A DNA stretch of 56,710 bases from Chiloscyllium plagiosum. Lineage: Eukaryota. Below the pieces are notes generated by a model, which ran no database searches, was not told where the DNA came from, and saw only the letters and a list, made by a program, of their open reading frames with translations. Below, piece after piece: positions 27,955 to 38,786 of this stretch (positions are counted from its first letter, which is position 1; the number at the start of each line of letters is the position of its first letter). Both the position numbers and the translations under genes were made by a program. Location of the stretch: positions 1 to 56,710 of the forward strand of contig NW_025215091.1 in NCBI RefSeq assembly GCF_004010195.1, read 5' to 3'.

Positions 27955-28752
27955 NNNNNNNNNNNNNNNNNNNNNNNNNNNNNNNNNNNNNNNNNNNNNN
28001 NNNNNNNNNNNNNNNNNNNNNNNNNNNNNNNNNNNNNNNNNNNNNNNNNNNNNNNNNNNNNNNNNNNNNNNNNNNNNNNNNNNNNNNNNNNNNNNNNNNN
28101 NNNNNNNNNNNNNNNNNNNNNNNNNNNNNNNNNNNNNNNNNNNNNNNNNNNNNNNNNNNNNNNNNNNNNNNNNNNNNNNNNNNNNNNNNNNNNNNNNNNN
28201 NNNNNNNNNNNNNNNNNNNNNNNNNNNNNNNNNNNNNNNNNNNNNNNNNNNNNNNNNNNNNNNNNNNNNNNNNNNNNNNNNNNNNNNNNNNNNNNNNNNN
28301 NNNNNNNNNNNNNNNNNNNNNNNNNNNNNNNNNNNNNNNNNNNNNNNNNNNNNNNNNNNNNNNNNNNNNNNNNNNNNNNNNNNNNNNNNNNNNNNNNNNN
28401 NNNNNNNNNNNNNNNNTTCGAGGCTGTGGTCAAGAGAAAAGGGGTCACATGTCAGATATAACTGGCTGACTCAAGGGAATCCCTTCAGGAGCATCGGGGC
28501 TGTAGAAATACACTTAGGATGGAAATCAGGAATGTAAAAAGGGGACACGAGATGGCTTTGGCAGAGAAAGTTAAGGAGAATCCAAAGAGACTCTACAAGT
28601 GTATTAAGAGCAAAAGAATAGCTCGGGACAAACCCGGTATCCTTAATAATCAATGAAGCCAACGATGTGTGAAACTACAAGATCCGAAACAAATATTTCA
28701 CTTTGGAACTTACTGTGGATAAAGACTGGGGCGCTCAGGGAACTAAACAGTG

Positions 28753-29246
28753 TTTGGCCTGACTGCTATTGGAATACTGTGTGCAATTCTGGTCTCAATG
28801 CCATCAGAAAGATGTGCGGAACATGAAAGGGTTCAGAAGAAATGACCAAAGATGTTGCCAGGGTTGGACGGCTTGCCCTTCAGGGAAAAGCCTCAATAGG
28901 CTGGGGCTGTTTTCACTTGAACATGGGAAGCTGAGGAGTTAACCGATACAAGGTGTTTACAATCATGATGGTCATCGACAGGGTCAATAGACAAGGTCAT
29001 TTTCCCAGGCGAGGGAAACTTTTCAAAGGGATCTAAAGGACAACTGGCTCCCGCAGAGTGAATGGAATAAGCTGCCAGAGCAAATAGTGGAGGCTGATAG
29101 AAATACATTTATAAGGCATGTGGATGGGTGTATGAATAGCAAAGGTTTAGAGGGATATTGGCAGAATTGTGGCAAATGCGACTAGAAACGCCATGCAGGA
29201 GTTAGTCCGAAGGGCCTGTTTCCGTGCTGTACATCTCTATGACTCA
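28753..29246 (+). mobile_element. 5'-truncated CR1 3' fragment nested in an older CR1
   Basis: Begins near LLEYCVQFWS and ends ccgaagggcctgtttccgtgctgtacatctctatgactc. Confidence 0.8.
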
Positions 29247-29442
29247 ACGTCTTGAAATGAGTCCACATTATAGAAAAGGAGGTGCTGGAGCTTTTACAAC
29301 ACAAAGGTAGATAAATCCCCAGGACCTGATCAAATGTATCTCAAGACATTGTGGGAAGCTGGTGAAGAAATTGTAGGGCCCCTAGCAGAGATATTGTACC
29401 ATAGAGAGCGATGTGTGATAGGCTGTTAGACTGGAGGGTGGC

Positions 29443-30287
29443 ATTGTGGACAGTGAAGAAGGTTTTCTGAGATTACAAAGGGATCCTGATGAAATGTGTG
29501 AATGGCTGAAAAACTGTAGATGGAGTTCAATCTGAATGAATGCGAGGTAATGCATTTGGTACAACAAACACGGGCAGGACTTATACAATTAATGGCAAGA
29601 CCTTCGGTAGTATTGTAGAACAGAGGGAACTCAGTGTTCAGCTACATAGTTCTTTGAAGTTTGCAATATGGAGAGACAGGATAGTTTAAAAAAAGGGGGC
29701 TTGCCACACTTGCTTTCATCGCTCAGTCCTTTGGATATAGGAGTTGGAAGTCACATTGAGATTATACAGGGCATTGGTGAGTCCTCTTCTGGAATACTGT
29801 GTCCAGCTAGGAAGGATATTATTAAGCTGGAAAGGGTTGGGAGGAGATTTACTGGGATGTGGCTGGGTACGAAAGGCTTCAGTACAAAGAAAGGTTGGTA
29901 TTTTTCACTGAAACCTGAATGTTGACAGATGACCTCATAGAAGTTTATAAAATCATGAGGGGGATAGATAGAGTCAATGGGAGTTGTCTTTTCCCATGGA
30001 CAGGGGAGTTTCAAGACAAGGCACGACATTTTTAAGTTAGAGGAGAGACATAAAAAAAAGACACGAGAGGCACATGATTACACAGAGGGTGGGTTGTGTG
30101 TGAAATGATCTTCCCAAGGAAGGGGTGAACATGGGGACAATTACAATGTTTAAAAGACATTTGGTTTAGTACAGGAATAGGAAAGGTTTGAAGGGATATG
30201 ATCCAGGAACAGGTAGGTGGGATGAGATCCGTTTTAGAGTATGGTTAGTGTTATCTGAACCGAACCGATATGACTCTGACTATGATA
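29443..30287 (+). mobile_element. 5'-truncated CR1 3' fragment nested in an older CR1
   Basis: Begins GIVDSEEGF, includes RKDIIKLERVGRRFTGM, ends tatgactctgactatga. Confidence 0.8.
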
Positions 30288-31574
30288 TAATGTTGTGTCA
30301 TTAATTAAGAAAGGCTGCAAGAGAAAGCCAGGGAATTACAGACTGATGAGCGAGACATCAGGGTGGGTCAGTTGTTGGAGGTCATCCTGAGAGGTAGGCC
30401 GTCCATGCATTTGGAAAGAAAAGGCCTGATTACGGACAGCCTGTATGGCTTTGTGCATGGGAAAACACGTCTCACAAACTTGACTGGAGTTTGCTCAAGA
30501 TGTGACCAAAAAGATAGACAAAGGCAGAGCAACAGATGTTGTTTCTGGCTTCCGCAAACCTTTGTTCAGGGTGTAGCATGATACATTGGTTAGTAAGGGT
30601 AGATCACAAGGCATCAGGGGGAGCTTGCCAACTGGATACAAATTGGGATGACAGTGGGAGACAGAGGGTGGTGCGAGAGGGTTGTTGTTCAGACTGGGGT
30701 TTTTGACCAGCAGTGTGCTGTAAGGATTGGTGCTGGGACCACTGTTGCGCACCATTTACATAAACAATCTGAGTGAAAAGATAGCAGTCCCTGTTAATAT
30801 GTTTTTGGATACCAAGATTAGTGGAAGAATGGATAGGAAATATAGTTATCGAAGGGGATGTTAATCAACTGGGCCAGTGGGCCAATGAATGAAAGATGGA
30901 GATTAATTTAGGTGTTGGATTTAGTTCAGACAAACCAGGGAGGACTAACACNNNNNNNNNNNNNNNNNNNNNNNNNNNNNNNNNNNNNNNNNNNNNNNNN
31001 NNNNNNNNNNNNNNNNNNNNNNNNNNNNNNNNNNNNNNNNNNNNNNNNNNNNNNNNNNNNNNNNNNNNNNNNNNNNNNNNNNNNNNNNNNNNNNNNNNNN
31101 NNNNNNNNNNNNNNNNNNNNNNNNNNNNNNNNNNNNNNNNNNNNNNNNNNNNNNNNNNNNNNNNNNNNNNNNNNNNNNNNNNNNNNNNNNNNNNNNNNNN
31201 NNNNNNNNNNNNNNNNNNNNNNNNNNNNNNNNNNNNNNNNNNNNNNNNNNNNNNNNNNNNNNNNNNNNNNNNNNNNNNNNNNNNNNNNNNNNNNNNNNNN
31301 CACAGAAACAGACCCGATGTCTCCAGTTATTGGAGGAGGAGACTATCGAGACAAGGCATGTTGTAGAGACTGAAGCAAGTTACAGCGATACGGATGGTCA
31401 TCTGGACTGGAGGTTTCAAATATGTGAAATAATTGGTGAGAGGGGAGGAGATGACAGAGATAGGAACTGTTATAGGAGTTAGAATGATTGATTGAAGACA
31501 CTGGTCCTCAATACAAGCCATTGATACAGTGTTGGAGAGGGAATAGGGAACAGAAAGATCCCAGGCAGCATTAC

Positions 31575-31622
31575 CACCCTCTCGTGGGAGGCCTGCTTTC
31601 CCCTCAGTTGTTCTGATGCTCC
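31575..31622 (-). other. Candidate 48-bp symmetric exon
   Basis: Acceptor tgtgctttctTAG, donor GTG|GTAATG; phase-0 frame open (GASEQLRGKQASHERV). Confidence 0.25.
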
Positions 31623-31825
31623 CTAAGAAAGCACATGCATGGACTGATAACTGACAACTCCCGACGCTGTCTCATTACAACAAAACTTGCAGCAGGCGTG
31701 GTGATTGAGCCTGGGGTGTGTCTGTACTGTGCTCCCGCTCCAGCACTTTCTCTATGTCATGTCTTGTTAGCTGATGTTTGGATCCCCCTTATATCTTTCT
31801 GCTCTGTGCACTGGAATGACCTTAC

Positions 31826-31941
31826 CTGGCAGCAGGATTTATTGAAGACTCCCGACCTCCCTGACGTTATCTTTCTGGCTGACCAACCATCGTCCCAACC
31901 AGCAGTTGGCAAGTCTATTGAGTCAGGAAATCCATGAGTAC
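31826..31941 (-). other. Candidate internal exon (116 bp)
   Basis: Branch-point-like CTAAT, long pyrimidine tract ttcccattctgcctatttctgtgtcttctaCAG, strong donor CAG|GTAAGG; one open frame (THGFPDSIDL...NKSCCQ). Confidence 0.65.
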
Positions 31942-32277
31942 CTGTAGAAGACACAGAAATAGGCAGAATGGGAAATTAGACTAATGCTTTGAGGGTGACA
32001 CATATAGAATGGCACTGAGCCCACAGAGATCTGGAAAATCCCAGTCTCCATTCCTGACCTGTGCTGCCTCATCTCTCTGGAGGGGAGAATTCTGTTGGCT
32101 CATGACCTGGAGTAGCTTCAAAAGTGAGAGACGGTGACAGAGGCAGCAATTAGACCCACACAGTGAGGGATACCGCATGGAGAGGGACTGAGTCACACCA
32201 CTAGAGTGCCAGGTCAAACGATTGTGCAGGAAGAAAGAGTTTTGATTCATGTTGCACTGGGATATACAAACTGTGAG

Positions 32278-32500
32278 CAGGCGAAGTGATGGCCTAGTGG
32301 CATTATTGTGTGAAAATTTATCCAGAAACTCAGAAAGTGTTCTCTGAACACAGGTTCAGATCCCACCATTGCAGATGATTGAATGTGAAGTAAATGCTTC
32401 GAAAAATATGTAATTAAAAACCTGTAAGTGAGTATTAAACAATTGCTGATGTTAAGAAAAACCCATCGGGTGCATTCCTGTCTTTAGTGAAGTAATCTAA
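32278..32500 (+). mobile_element. Decayed tRNA-derived SINE-like fragment of a second family
   Basis: A box TGGCCTAGTGG 32290-32300 and B box GGTTCAGATCC 32353-32363; body unlike the SINE at 26149. Confidence 0.55.
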
Positions 32501-32599
32501 GATGGGACTGGGATATCACAGGTATTACAGAAACAACAGCTGAGGGAGGGACAGGACAGGCAGCTCAATGTCCCAGGGGACAGATGCTGCAGGAAGGAC

Positions 32600-33055
32600 A
32601 GAAGGGGAGCTGAGAGAGGATATTCCCGCGGGACCGCCCAGTGACGCTGTGTTCGTGGGATTAATCAGTAACAATGGGTCTTTCCTTTCCTCTGATTGTT
32701 CTACAGACCCCGAGAGCCCCGCCCTCCTGCACCTTGATCTTCTCAACATGGCGGCCCTCCGCTCCTTCTTCCCTCAAACAAATGGCGGCCGTGACCCTGA
32801 GCCACTTTCCTGATCAGAGACCGCCGCCTCCTGACGCTGGCCTGGAGGGTCTTTTCCGAGTTATTTTTAACCTGTATCCAGGACTTGTGAAATCTCTCCA
32901 CTCCTTTCTCCCAGCGAGGCTCCCACAAACCGGCTCTGAGCGCCGCTCTCTGAAGCCGATCGCAGCCGCTGCCGGAGAAAGCAACTCCATGTCTCTCTCT
33001 CTCTCTGTGCCCTCCATTTGACACTGCGCATGCGTCTGAGTCTATCGGTGAGTTT
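32600..33055. promoter_or_regulatory. CpG-rich promoter region with NRF1-, YY1- and GC-box motifs
   Basis: TGCGCATGCG 33025-33034; CAACATGGCGGC 32744-32755; CAAATGGCGGC 32779-32789; GCCCCGCCC 32716-32724; locally high CpG. Confidence 0.7.
32872..33030 (-). other. Candidate first exon of minus-strand transcript (5' end approximate)
   Basis: Begins at the NRF1-like motif, ends at donor CAG|GTTAAA; phase-1 end matches the open frame of the 31826-31941 exon. Confidence 0.4.
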
Positions 33056-33119
33056 ATAGAGAATATTCATATCTGCACAGGATCATGGGTGAAATATTAG
33101 TCATTAACAATTGCTCTGT

Positions 33120-33192
33120 CGAGTTTCAGTCATCGAGATGGTTAGTATGCAAATACATTGTTCGGTCCAATTTAACCATACCGGCCAGGTAT
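33120..33192 (-). mobile_element. Short decayed CR1 3' tail
   Basis: agtcatcgagatggttagtatgcaaatacattgttcggtccaa resembles the reverse complement of the CR1 tail at 29200-29246. Confidence 0.45.
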
Positions 33193-33637
33193 GTAAATTA
33201 CCAATCGTTCTGAGAGTTTGAAAATAAGTTTCTTACTCGAGTTGTGTAAACCGACCTGTGAATTATTCTCAGCTCGCCCCCTACACTATTGCAAAATCAC
33301 TCATGTGTTTATGTAAGGATTGTTTAAATCTCCTTAATGTACGTTATCAGATTTACATCTCAACTATTTCTTAGAAATCTCACATTGATTCATGGGAGAG
33401 GTTTAATGCTCCACTATGTAGTGAAAATAATCAATCCTGCAAAATAGTTTGCTTTCTGACCAATCCTGAAGCGTTCACTCCCCGAGAATGCTTTGGCCCC
33501 GCTTCTCACTCACTCTGGTTCGACGACCGGCCGCTGCTCGGTCCTCCTGTTCCGCCCCTTCCTCCCAATTGCGGAGTTGATTCAGGCGCGACTCAGCAGG
33601 CTAAGGGACAAGGGAAGTTAGAGTCGATGCCTTGAGA

Positions 33638-33920
33638 TGTGGTGAAAATATCCCGAATCTTGGATCGAGAGGCCTGAGTTTATTTCACAGCTTGTGCACG
33701 TGTGTATAATAACAACTTTATTAAGAAAAAACAAGGGAAGGCAGGAACAGAGTAAAAACAATAGAACATGCACACAACGCGGTGGAGCTCTCAATGCTCT
33801 GGTGATTTTAGTCTTTACCATGTGTTTCAGGGCCCCAGGCCATCCCAGTACAGACTGTGCCACTCCTCCTTGTGCACAGCCAGATACCACGATTGTGGGG
33901 CAGAGTGATGTGGTGGGGTA
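33638..33920 (-). mobile_element. Possible LTR 3' portion, unrelated to the ERV LTR at 39364
   Basis: Minus strand has two AATAAA signals followed by ...ttttcaccaCA end; no matching partner in the window. Confidence 0.25.
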
Positions 33921-35180
33921 CAGATTCTGGAATAGTGGTGCTGGAAGAGCACGGCAGTTCAGGCAGCATCTGAGGAGCAGTAAAATCGATGTTTCGGGAA
34001 AAAGTCCTTCATCAGGAATGAAGACAGAGAGCCTGAAGCGTGGAGAGATAAGCGAGACGAGGGTAGGGGTGGGGAGAAAGGTGATAGGTCAGGAGGCGGG
34101 GGGAGGGTGCACTGTCACGGGGACAGTGCTGAGCTGGAAGTTTGGAACTGGGNNNNNNNNNNNNNNNNNNNNNNNNNNNNNNNNNNNNNNNNNNNNNNNN
34201 NNNNNNNNNNNNNNNNNNNNNNNNNNNNNNNNNNNNNNNNNNNNNNNNNNNNNNNNNNNNNNNNNNNNNNNNNNNNNNNNNNNNNNNNNNNNNNNNNNNN
34301 NNNNNNNNNNNNNNNNNNNNNNNNNNNNNNNNNNNNNNNNNNNNNNNNNNNNNNNNNNNNNNNNNNNNNNNNNNNNNNNNNNNNNNNNNNNNNNNNNNNN
34401 NNNNNNNNNNNNNNNNNNNNNNNNNNNNNNNNNNNNNNNNNNNNNNNNNNNNNNNNNNNNNNNNNNNNNNNNNNNNNNNNNNNNNNNNNNNNNNNNNNNN
34501 NNNNNNNNNNNNNNNNNNNNNNNNNNNNNNNNNNNNNNNNNNNNNNNNNNNNNNNNNNNNNNNNNNNNNNNNNNNNNNNNNNNNNNNNNNNNNNNNNNNN
34601 NNNNNNNNNNNNNNNNNNNNNNNNNNNNNNNNNNNNNNNNNNNNNNNNNNNNNNNNNNNNNNNNNNNNNNNNNNNNNNNNNNNNNNNNNNNNNNNNNNNN
34701 NNNNNNNNNNNNNNNNNNNNNNNNNNNNNNNNNNNNNNNNNNNNNNNNNNNNNNNNNNNNNNNNNNNNNNNNNNNNNNNNNNNNNNNNNNNNNNNNNNNN
34801 NNNNNNNNNNNNNNNNNNNNNNNNNNNNNNNNNNNNNNNNNNNNNNNNNNNNNNNNNNNNNNNNNNNNNNNNNNNNNNNNNNNNNNNNNNNNNNNNNNNN
34901 NNNNNNNNNNNNNNNNNNNNNNNNNNNNNNNNNNNNNNNNNNNNNNNNNNNNNNNNNNNNNNNNNNNNNNNNNNNNNNNNNNNNNNNNNNNNNNNNNNNN
35001 NNNNNNNNNNNNNNNNNNNNNNNNNNNNNNNNNNNNNNNNNNNNNNNNNNNNNNNNNNNNNNNNNNNNNNNNNNNNNGTCGATTTTGCTGCTCGTCGGAT
35101 GCTACCTGAATTGCTGTGCTCTTCCAGCACCACTGATCCAGAATCTGGTTTCCAGCATCTGCAGTCATTGTTTTTACCTC
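33921..35180. mobile_element. Penelope-like element with inverted termini flanking gap 34153-35077
   Basis: 33921-33990 is the reverse complement of 35078-35147 with few mismatches; left arm carries the CTGATGA...GAAA core on the minus strand. Confidence 0.75.
33984..34018 (-). ncRNA. Minimal hammerhead-ribozyme-like core
   Basis: Minus strand CCTGATGA-AGGACTTTTTCCC-GAAACATCGAT: CUGAUGA and GAAA boxes around a GGA/UCC stem II. Confidence 0.55.
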
Positions 35181-36100
35181 TGCAACCTTTTGCCAAGGGC
35201 TATGTCCCTTAGGGGCATCTCAAAGGTTGTGTAATGTGGGATAAATATTGTATGTAGGTACACTTGCCCAAAAGGATAGCAATTGTTTCTTCGTTGAGGC
35301 TTTGGAATTTGTTGGATTGCTTGAACTCTGTCTTGACCAGTGGCCTTGTCCTGTCACATATTAAATGACCTAAGAACTTCACCTGTTGTTGCACAAATTG
35401 TAGGTTTGCCAGACTGACTTTGTACCCTTCCCTTGCTAGATAGACGAGCAATGCAAGGGTATCCTTCTCACATTGTTCCTCTGTCGGTGCTGCTATTAAG
35501 CAATCGACTACATCCTGCAGAAGCGCTGACCCCAGGTTTAAAACAAGAGTCTCCAGACTCCTACGCAGAGCCTCATTACGTATGGTGGGGGATTCACAGT
35601 AACCTTGACAAAGTCACGAGAAGGTACATCATTTCCCTTTGTATGAAAAAGCAAACCAGAATTAACTATCTGGGTGCACCGGTACACTAAACAAAGCATT
35701 TGCTAAATCCACAACAGGGAACCATTTAATGTCCGGTGGAACTTGAGCCAATATTGTATCGGGTTTGGGAACATTTGGCGCAGGTGGAACAACAGCGTTT
35801 TGACTGCCTGTAGGTCTTGAACAAACCTCCTTTCCTCCGGTACACCGGGAATGCTTGCCATTTTTGCTGGAAAAATGGGTGTTCTCACCGGTGAGTTTTC
35901 ACAGGGGATTATCACTCCAGCCTTGAGGAGGGATTCAAAAAATGGAGTAATTCCTTTTGTGGCCTCGGGTTTTAACGGGTATTGTGCTCTGCAAGGACGA
36001 TACTCAGACTTCAGGGTTATTCTTATGGGCTCATAGCCCCATATGAGCCCCACATCATGTTTTCCCTGTGCCCACAACTCAGTAGGGACCATTTATAATT
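35181..36100 (-). pseudogene. pol: ERV reverse transcriptase (inactive)
   Basis: LWAQGKHDVGLI...QYPLKPEA...SPVRTPIFP...RFVQDLQAV; VVDLANALFSVPVHPDS; LCQGYCESP; LLQDVVDCL (YVDD degenerate, 35503-35514); VKFLGH. Confidence 0.93.
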
Positions 36101-36229
36101 TTGTGTCTGAGACCTCTATCTTAGGTATACGCCTCCTTGGCTCTTTATGTCTAGTGCGGTTACCTGGACTGTCCTATCTGCCTGAGTTAGCCAATTTATT
36201 TTTTTTCCGATATGTCCGCATATCTGCAT

Positions 36230-36665
36230 TGAATCAGATACCCACATCGTCCCGTAAGACCCAACCTTTCGTTCTTTGTGCCTTTAGCACCCATGGACCC
36301 AAATCCTGCCAACTGTCACTGGACACCTTTGCCAGTGACCCGTGAGAGCAGAGCCTTCCACATCAAAAAAGGTCTACTTGCTGTCACAGATACTTTAGAT
36401 AAGTTCATTCTGACTGCACATCTGTGATCACTCCAATAAAATTCACACAATAACAACTGATCTGGTTTAACCAATCTCCTGAAGCAATCTTTCTCATATG
36501 ATTCGTCAGGGCCATCGCGATGTATGTGTGCTATGCAGTGCAGCATATTTCCAGCAAGAAAATCGGTGTTAATAGGATTAACATAGTTACTTGCTTCCAG
36601 GGCGAGTGAATAGCTCACTAAACGTATCGCTCTCTGGTTTAATTGCCACTCATAGACATACATCA
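36230..36665 (-). pseudogene. Extra pol domain between protease and RT, candidate 2H phosphoesterase
   Basis: LHCIA at 36529-36543 and HGSLAK at 36327-36344 followed by WQDLGPW; His residues ~65 codons apart across frameshifts. Confidence 0.6.
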
Positions 36666-36719
36666 GGGGTCATGTGTCATATTTTATAGCCTGCACTGGT
36701 AAATATTCCATTGAATTAC

Positions 36720-37233
36720 CTGCAAGCCCGTCGGAGTACTGACCAAATCCAACCCCAGTCTCCCTATGAGTCCCGAGCCATCAGATATAAAGGACAAAAT
36801 TCCAATGACAAGAATGAGAATTGGAATGTTTCCCCATTAGTAGTTTTGCACAATAGGGGTGCGGAAAATCTCTCTCGCACCATGACTCCTGATGCACCCA
36901 TTGTGTTCAGGAACCTTTGACTCATCATTATTTGTATCGATTGTGGAAACTGGCTTAATTTAAGGACGTTGTCCCTGTATCTACCAAAAAGGTAACTGAT
37001 GTACCTTCCACATATAACATAGAGGCAGGCATCGACTTATACGCATCATTGTGATATTGGACATACTGTCCACGCTTCGCAATCTCAGTGCTCAACATTG
37101 AGGTGTGATATGTCTCAGTACGTGAAAGGTTAGTAGAAGAGATTAGCATAAGTGAGTCTTCGTTGCCAAGCGTAAGGGAAAGAGGCTTACCTGTAACTTG
37201 TGGGCTGCCCACCTCCACCTCAGCCTTCCCCTG
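36720..37233 (-). pseudogene. pro: ERV aspartic protease
   Basis: VTFLVDTGT (DTG at 36973-36981); downstream MGASG flap-like and CPLYLMARD (cf. NLLGRD) motifs after a frameshift. Confidence 0.88.
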
Positions 37234-38786
37234 TCAGTCACCCTGCTGTCCAGCCTCCAGGCCCGAGTGAGGCTGTCTGTGCGGGCACTGTCTCGCCCAA
37301 TGGTCCATTGCTCTGCAAACAAAGCACCCACCAGATCTACCTCTGCCAGCGCCTCTTCAGTGACCTCTTCCTCTTCCACGACCTCCCCTTCTGCCTCTCT
37401 CTCTTCCTACAGTACCTCCCTCCAACGGCTGGGTAACCATTTGCATCAGAGTAAGCTGAGCTTTATGTGCTTGCTGTTCTATCTTTAGTTTCTGCCTATC
37501 CTTCTCTTGGGTAAGCAACCTTTCAGCATATATCACATATTGTTCTGTCAAATTCAGCTTTCCCGTGTCCCAGGTAATACATGTGTCTTTTTCTTTTTTC
37601 ACTATTTCGTCCTTCATTCCATTGATGAAGCTGTTCCTCAGCGTGCTTCATACGGCGTGATTTCTGCCGCCATTATGTCGTCGGGTGGTCTCAGTGCACT
37701 ATGGGTGTTATGGACTTCAGTGAGGTGCGTAAGGTACTGGGACACTGACTCAGCTTCCCATTGTTTTCACATTGCTGTTTTGGTCATGTCCATTCGCACT
37801 GGGACTATCTCCCTGCAGGAGGTTGCCAGCGCTGCAACAAAAGCATTAAAGTCTCCATTCTCTTCCACTTGCATGTTGGCTGCTCTGGCACGGACATTTG
37901 CAGCTGGCTAGGTATACTTGCTTTTGGTGACATTGGCATCTAGTTTTCATCCCAGGAGTCGTCTCATCTCATGTGATGTGAGACGGAACTCAGTACAGAA
38001 CTTTGTCATTTCTTATTAGCTCCAATCTCGTGCGGGTCAGGCAACTGCCCAGAGGCACTTTCCAGATCCTTCATGGTCCATGGCTGGTGGGCCAACACTG
38101 GGCGCCCTTCTGGACCTGCAACTTCAACCATTGGGGCTTGCAGAACGACCTGGTTAGATGATCGTACGCCAGTACCCTCACCATGTGAATCATCATCCGT
38201 CAGGGGTGATCACGGACAGGCCTTGGATGCCTTTCCGTCTGGAGTGGTCGTCTTTCTTTTGGCCTTCTTGCTTACATCTGTTGCGGGTATGGCGTGCTAT
38301 CCTTGATCCAGAAAGCCCTGAGGCAGTGGCCACTGACGTGGAACTTTCACCAGGCGGATCTCGTAGGGGGGTTGCAGGTCTCAGAGGGCAGTCATCAAGG
38401 TCAGGGTCTGAAACAGCTTCGTCAGGTTGTTTTTCACACGCGCCTGCATATGCGCTGGTGTTTGTATGTGTATTTGATCTATCCTTTACTTGAGGTTTCC
38501 TTTCTTTGATATCAGCCTCAGCTTTCCACATACTATAAACACTCCAATTCATAGGTTCTATTTTTCCCTTCCTTTTCTCCTTCTCTCTCTCCTCCTACCT
38601 CAACGTTAATATTTCCAGCTGTCTTTTAGTAAAACTTCCTCCCTCCGGAAATACACATTCCTTAATCCACAATTCTAACTGCTTTACACATTCTGGGCCG
38701 GAATTATTTAGCATGTATTATATTTTTAGTTGGCCATTCCAAGTGCTGTGTGGACTCTCCTTTTGTTTGCTCTTGCTGGAACCCAT
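37234..38786 (-). pseudogene. gag: ERV gag (MA-CA-NC), disrupted
   Basis: ATG at 38786 gives MGSSKSK (myristoylation consensus), FPEGGSF; QAPMVEVAGPEG...PWTMKDL; MHR-like KQWEAESVSQYLTHL; single CCHC knuckle CFVCRAMDHWARQC 37285-37326; TGA at 37234-37236. Confidence 0.9.

Larger units (their letters stand above)
28417..30951 (+). mobile_element. Old CR1 ORF2 (host) split into three pieces by two nested CR1 insertions
   Basis: KRGHEMALAEKVKENPKRLYKCIKSKR; KVDKSPGPDQMYLKTLWEAGEEI; NVVSLIKKGCKRKPGNYR; YGFVHGKTRLTNL; the reading rejoins across both inserts. Confidence 0.85.

Noticed and set aside
32190..32262. CR1 ORF1 esterase fragment (VKRLCRKKEF*FMLHW)
   Set aside because: Too short and degenerate to support without a search
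32814..32988. MELLSPAAAA ORF as the coding start
   Set aside because: Splicing this frame to the 31941 exon reaches TGA after five codons; at most an upstream ORF
33638..33920. 3' LTR of the ERV
   Set aside because: No visible similarity to the 5' LTR at 39364-39790
6376..35234. ORFs containing long X runs
   Set aside because: Artefacts of reading through N gaps (6573-6878, 13449-13769, 15143-16036, 19711-20302, 27955-28416, 30952-31300, 34153-35077)
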